DNA from: Eubacteriales bacterium
GTDB taxonomy: Bacteria; Bacillota; Clostridia; Oscillospirales; CAG-272
NCBI GenBank assembly: GCA_045129715.1
Contig: JBGVKA010000069.1
Span: 1 to 45,300 of the forward strand
Reading direction: 5' to 3'
Length of the DNA stretch: 45,300 bases
Below the pieces are notes generated by a model that had not been told where the DNA came from, searched no databases, and worked only from the letters and a program-made list of their open reading frames with translations. This document shows positions 41,642-45,300 of the stretch, piece by piece (position 1 is the first letter of the stretch; each line of letters begins with the position of its first letter). Both the position numbers and the translations under genes were made by a program.

Positions 41642-41853
41642 AATTGTATAGAACTCGTGTGAGCGTGAGGCTTGAACGGCGGCGGCAGGTATGCTTTTAC
41701 GTTGGATTTTCTTTTCGTAACGCTTGCTGCTTTAAAGGACGTAACACCTTGCTTTTAAGGTGTGGAAAACGTTTACAAAGCAATGGCTTTTGTATCTTTG
41801 TGGAAAGGATGTTAAAAGCTCTGAATAAACAAAAACACTTGAAAGGTAAACAA

Positions 41854-42567
41854 ATGTTTGAATTTAAGGATAAAATCGTCGTTGTAACGGGCGGTGCCGG
41901 AGGGATTGGCAAGTGCATTGCGGATGAGTTTTCTAAGGCGGGTGCTACGGTTTGCGTAATAGATATTTTGGAAAACGGCTATTTCGTTGGCGATCTTGCG
42001 GACAAGGAAACGCTTGAGAAATTTGCAGAAAAGGTTATAGCGGATCACGGCCGCGTTGATTGTCTTGTGAATAACGCCGCGCCAAAGTCGTGCGGTATCA
42101 CCGATGGGAGCTACGAGGATTTTGAATACGCGCAACGCGTTGGCGTTACGGCTCCCTTTTATCTCTCGAAGCTCTTCGCTCCCTATTTCACTAAGGGCGC
42201 GAGCATCGTTAATATATCGTCCTCGCGAGACCGTATGAGTCAAGCCGAGACGGAGAGCTATACTGCGGCGAAGGGCGGTATCTCGGCATTGACACACGCT
42301 ATGGCGGTGAGTCTTGCGGGTAGAGTGCGAGTTAATTCGATCTCGCCCGGCTGGATAGATAACGCTTATACGGTATACGAGGGTGCCGATGCAGTTCAGC
42401 AACCCGTCGGAAGAGTCGGCAATCCTCTTGATATCGCAAATATGGTGCTTTATCTCGCTTCTGATATGGCAGGATTTATCACGGGCGAGAACATCTGCAT
42501 TGACGGTGGTATGACTCGGCAAATGATCTACCACGGTGATTTTGGATGGAGCCTTAACAAAAATTAA
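41854..42567 (+). CDS. short-chain dehydrogenase/reductase (SDR) family oxidoreductase
   Basis: MFEFKDKIVVVTGGAGGIGK (TGxxxGxG), NNAA and YTAAKGG (YxxxK). I set the start at ATG 41854. The track's 41644 start adds 70 aa of non-SDR sequence that overlaps the promoter. Confidence 0.85.
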   Translation: MFEFKDKIVVVTGGAGGIGKCIADEFSKAGATVCVIDILENGYFVGDLADKETLEKFAEKVIADHGRVDCLVNNAAPKSCGITDGSYEDFEYAQRVGVTAPFYLSKLFAPYFTKGASIVNISSSRDRMSQAETESYTAAKGGISALTHAMAVSLAGRVRVNSISPGWIDNAYTVYEGADAVQQPVGRVGNPLDIANMVLYLASDMAGFITGENICIDGGMTRQMIYHGDFGWSLNKN

Positions 42568-42584
42568 TTAAAAGGAGAATAGGT

Positions 42585-43583
42585 ATGGAATATATCGCAT
42601 CAAAAACAAGATATGAGAGTATGAAATATAACAAATGCGGAGAGAGCGGACTTAAGCTCCCTGCGGTCTCGTTGGGACTTTGGCACAACTTCGGTGCTAA
42701 CGACGATTTTGAGAACATGAGAGCTATGTGCTTTACCGCCTTTGATAACGGTATTACGCATTTCGATCTTGCCAACAACTACGGCCGTCCCGTGTGCGGA
42801 AGTGCGGAAGAAAATTTCGGAAAAATATTGCGCGAGGATATGCGTGCATACCGTGATGAAATGATCATAAGCACCAAAGCAGGCTATACGATGTGGGAAG
42901 GTCCTTACGGTGATTTCGGAAGCAGAAAATATTTGCTTGCAAGCCTTGATGCAAGTCTTAAACGCCTTGGCGTTGATTACGTTGATATCTTTTACCATCA
43001 CCGCCCCGATCCAGATACGCCTCTTGAGGAAACGATGGGAGCACTCGATCACGCAGTGAAGAGCGGAAAGGCACTTTATGCGGGACTTTCGAATTACGAC
43101 GGTGAGACGATGACGCGCGCGGCGGCGATCCTTCGCGAGATGCGCTGTCCCTTCGTTATAAACCAGAACCGCTATTCCATATTCGATCGCAAGGTAGAGG
43201 AAAACGGACTTTTAGATGCGTCGGGTAAGGAGAAAAAGGGCGTTATCGTTTTCAGTCCTCTTGCCCAAGGGCTTTTGACCGACCGTTACGTTAACGGAAT
43301 CCCTGCGGATAGCCGTATCAGAACGAGCGGTATCTTCTTAAAGGAAACGAGCTTGACCGAGGAAAAGCTTGCTAAAATAAAGGCGTTGAACTCGCTCGCA
43401 AAAGAGAGAGGCGAGAGCCTTGCTCAGATGGCACTTGCTTGGGTTTTGCGTCGAAAAGAGGTTACGAGCGTGCTCGTCGGTGCATCAAAGCCCTCGCAGA
43501 TCATAGATAATCTCGGTGCGATGAGCTCCGCTCCCTTCAGCGCGGAAGAGCTTGCCGAGATCGACAGAATTTCACTTGGATGA
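42585..43583 (+). CDS. aldo/keto reductase (YghZ/Gpr-like, L-glyceraldehyde-3-phosphate reductase type)
   Basis: 332 aa reading LKLPAVSLGLWHNFG...GITHFDLANNYG...AEENFGKILRED...YVDIFYHHRPD. RBS AGGAGA. Confidence 0.85.
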   Translation: MEYIASKTRYESMKYNKCGESGLKLPAVSLGLWHNFGANDDFENMRAMCFTAFDNGITHFDLANNYGRPVCGSAEENFGKILREDMRAYRDEMIISTKAGYTMWEGPYGDFGSRKYLLASLDASLKRLGVDYVDIFYHHRPDPDTPLEETMGALDHAVKSGKALYAGLSNYDGETMTRAAAILREMRCPFVINQNRYSIFDRKVEENGLLDASGKEKKGVIVFSPLAQGLLTDRYVNGIPADSRIRTSGIFLKETSLTEEKLAKIKALNSLAKERGESLAQMALAWVLRRKEVTSVLVGASKPSQIIDNLGAMSSAPFSAEELAEIDRISLG

Positions 43584-43607
43584 TCCCGCTTTGCCTGAAA
43601 AGAAAAA

Positions 43608-44357
43608 ATGAGAAATAAATATCTTGAAAACTTAAGCAAAATCGAATTCGTCGTAACGAATGCCTGCACCGGCAGGTGTAAGCATTGCTCGGAGGGAGAG
43701 CACACCGCCCACCCATTGATGATCGATCCCGAAGCCTCTGCTGAGGTGGTAAGGGTGGTTGCCGAAAAATACGCTATCAGGACCGTTATGACCTTTGGCG
43801 GAGAGCCGCTTTTACACACGGGTGCGGTCTATGCTATTATGAGTGCCGCGCGTGAATTGAATATCGAAAAACGGCAGGTAATTACGAACGGCTATTTCAC
43901 GGCCGACCGCGAGCGTATGAGGGAGGTCGCAAAAAGGCTTTCCGAGTGCGGTGTCAACGACCTTCTTCTTTCGGTAGATGCCTTCCATCAGGAAACGATA
44001 CCGCTTGACACGGTCAAGGCTTTTGCCGTCGAGCTGAAGGCGTTCGGCGTTCCCGTTCGTCTTCAACCTGCGTGGCTCGTGAGCCCCGACGACGATAACC
44101 CATACAACCGCAAAACGCGAGAGCTCCTCGCGAGCTTCTCTGAGCTTAATATCCCCGAGGGATCGGGCAACGTGATATTCCCCGAGGGCAACGCCCTGAA
44201 ATATCTCGGTGAATATTTCACCGACTCGCGCCCCGAAAATCCCTACGAGGAGGACCCCCGAGACGTTCGTTGCATCTCCCTATCTCCCGACGGCTCCGTC
44301 CTCGACGGCAATATCCACAAAACCGATATTATGGATATCTTAGAGGGGTATGAATAA
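43608..44357 (+). CDS. small radical SAM protein (no SPASM or other accessory domain recognised)
   Basis: 249 aa with VVTNACTGRCKHCSEG (the CxxxCxxC cluster motif) and a GGEPLL SAM-binding motif. Confidence 0.8.
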   Translation: MRNKYLENLSKIEFVVTNACTGRCKHCSEGEHTAHPLMIDPEASAEVVRVVAEKYAIRTVMTFGGEPLLHTGAVYAIMSAARELNIEKRQVITNGYFTADRERMREVAKRLSECGVNDLLLSVDAFHQETIPLDTVKAFAVELKAFGVPVRLQPAWLVSPDDDNPYNRKTRELLASFSELNIPEGSGNVIFPEGNALKYLGEYFTDSRPENPYEEDPRDVRCISLSPDGSVLDGNIHKTDIMDILEGYE

Positions 44358-44851
44358 TGAATAAAATTATAGTTATCGGATGCTCGGGGAGTGGGAAAAC
44401 GACGTTTGCGTTAAAGCTTCACGAGCTTTCCGGGATACCGCTCTTTCATCTTGACGCTATTTGGCACAGGGCGGACAGAACGCATATTACAAGAGATGAA
44501 TTCGATGCGCGACTCGGAGAGATACTCGCGCTCGACAGATGGATAATAGACGGAAATTACAGTCGCACGCTTGAAAGACGGCTTGCCGCGTGCGATACGG
44601 TGATGCTCTTCGATCTTCCAACGGAGGTAGCACTTTCGGGCGCGATAGCGCGCCTTGGAGTAAAAAGATGCGATATGCCGTGGGTGGATACCGAGCTCGA
44701 TCCTTGGCTTCGCGGTGAGATAGAGAGCTTCGGGGAGAAGCAATTGCCCGTGATATACGAGCTGATCGAGAAATATAAGGACGGAAAAGCCGTTTACGTT
44801 TTTAAAAGCCGTAAGGATGCCGATAGGCTTCTTCGTCAAGCGGAGCTTTAA
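44357..44851 (+). CDS. P-loop nucleoside/nucleotide kinase-like protein (adenylate-kinase / topology-modulation FlaR-like family)
   Basis: 164 aa reading MNKIIVIGCSGSGKTTFALKL...FHLDAIWH. The start overlaps the radical SAM stop by 1 nt. Confidence 0.7.
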   Translation: MNKIIVIGCSGSGKTTFALKLHELSGIPLFHLDAIWHRADRTHITRDEFDARLGEILALDRWIIDGNYSRTLERRLAACDTVMLFDLPTEVALSGAIARLGVKRCDMPWVDTELDPWLRGEIESFGEKQLPVIYELIEKYKDGKAVYVFKSRKDADRLLRQAEL

Positions 44852-44865
44852 GAAAAGGAGCAAAA

Positions 44866-45300
44866 ATGATAGATTACGGATTGCAGGGAAGAGTAGCTTT
44901 GATAAGCGGAGCGAACAATCCCGAAGGAATCGGAGCGACTTGTGCTATTGCTTTTGCTAAGGAGGGTGCGCGTGTCGTTTTGGTCTATAAAAGGATACCG
45001 AGAGCGTACGATAAAAGTAAGACCAGTGAGATGGGAGCCGACAGATATTTTGCGGCAAACGCAGGCGGCGCGGAAGAGGTAGAGCGTAAGCTCGGGGAAA
45101 TCGGTGCTGAATATCTCGTTATAGAGGGTGATATCACCGACGAGGAGTGCGTAAAGGAAATATATGAAAAAGCGGTAGAAAAGTACGGTAAAGTTGACAT
45201 TTTGGTCAATAATGCGGCTGACGGAGATATGGACGGGATCGATACTATTGAAAAAATCACCCCTGCCGTAATTGACGGTACGTTTGCGGTAAACGTTCGC
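44866..45300 (+). CDS. SDR family oxidoreductase (FabG-like), N-terminal part; runs off the right edge
   Basis: RVALISGANNPEGIGATCAIAFAKEGARVVLV...VDILVNNAA. RBS AAGGAG. The frame stays open to base 45300. Confidence 0.8.
   Translation, partial: MIDYGLQGRVALISGANNPEGIGATCAIAFAKEGARVVLVYKRIPRAYDKSKTSEMGADRYFAANAGGAEEVERKLGEIGAEYLVIEGDITDEECVKEIYEKAVEKYGKVDILVNNAADGDMDGIDTIEKITPAVIDGTFAVNVR

Noticed and set aside
1-45300. I scanned for mobile elements, prophage genes, toxin-antitoxin pairs, known defence-system genes, tRNA/rRNA and CRISPR.
   Set aside because: I recognised no transposase, integrase, recombinase, phage structural, nuclease/helicase defence or RT genes. I also noticed no T-loop GGTTCGAATCC-type motif or rRNA-like segment. 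The MoxR/vWA genes here are of the membrane Bat type, with BatA_N TM hairpins and DUF58, and have no associated effector domains like those in the MoxR-vWA conflict systems proposed in the literature.

Overview
45.3-kb window that looks like an anaerobic Firmicutes/Clostridia-type chromosome. This is inferred from gene content, AGGAGG-type RBSs and TTGACA/TATAAT promoters; coding DNA is visibly GC-richer than the AT-rich intergenic DNA. All calls come from reading the sequence and ORF track by eye; no searches were run.

Layout:
(1) 1-2961: housekeeping genes. A partial ThrE-family exporter (minus strand, missing from the ORF track), then divergently malQ (4-alpha-glucanotransferase) and xth (exonuclease III).
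(2) 2999-28273: a 25-kb minus-strand cell-envelope block, the most interesting part. A 3304-aa lipoprotein (18359-28273) carries Listeria-Bacteroides repeats, Fn3/Ig-like domains, about 2000 aa of BspA-type LRRs and eight unassigned C-terminal helical repeats. After a hairpin and a 506-bp gap comes a tightly packed seven-gene operon (17852 down to 2999): a 3-TM Flg_new membrane protein, a MoxR AAA+ ATPase, DUF58, a BatA_N-vWA protein, a BatA_N-vWA-GATase-like-vWA protein, a 990-aa BspA-type LRR lipoprotein and a 1260-aa Ig-like/all-helical lipoprotein. I read this as a Bat-like MoxR/vWA envelope module physically wired to LRR adhesins. That combination is the best candidate in the window for an undescribed system.
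(3) 28274-29015: a 742-bp AT-rich control region.
(4) 29016-36649: a flavin reductase, then an operon encoding an HTH-cupin::AMP-forming acyl-CoA synthetase fusion, a SIMIBI-type P-loop NTPase, a four-subunit 2-oxoacid:ferredoxin oxidoreductase and a Leu/Val-type amino-acid dehydrogenase. Together these form a complete branched-chain fatty acid <-> branched-chain amino acid route.
(5) 36804-41529: two tandem paralogous lipoproteins, a signal-peptide-less two-domain DUF11 protein, a basic/TM/HIRAN-like protein and a PepSY membrane protein.
(6) 41854-45300: a redox cluster of SDR, aldo-keto reductase, small radical SAM, P-loop kinase-like protein and a second SDR (partial).

I saw no rRNA, tRNA, CRISPR array, transposase, integrase or phage genes. 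The many long antisense ORFs in the track are codon-bias artefacts.
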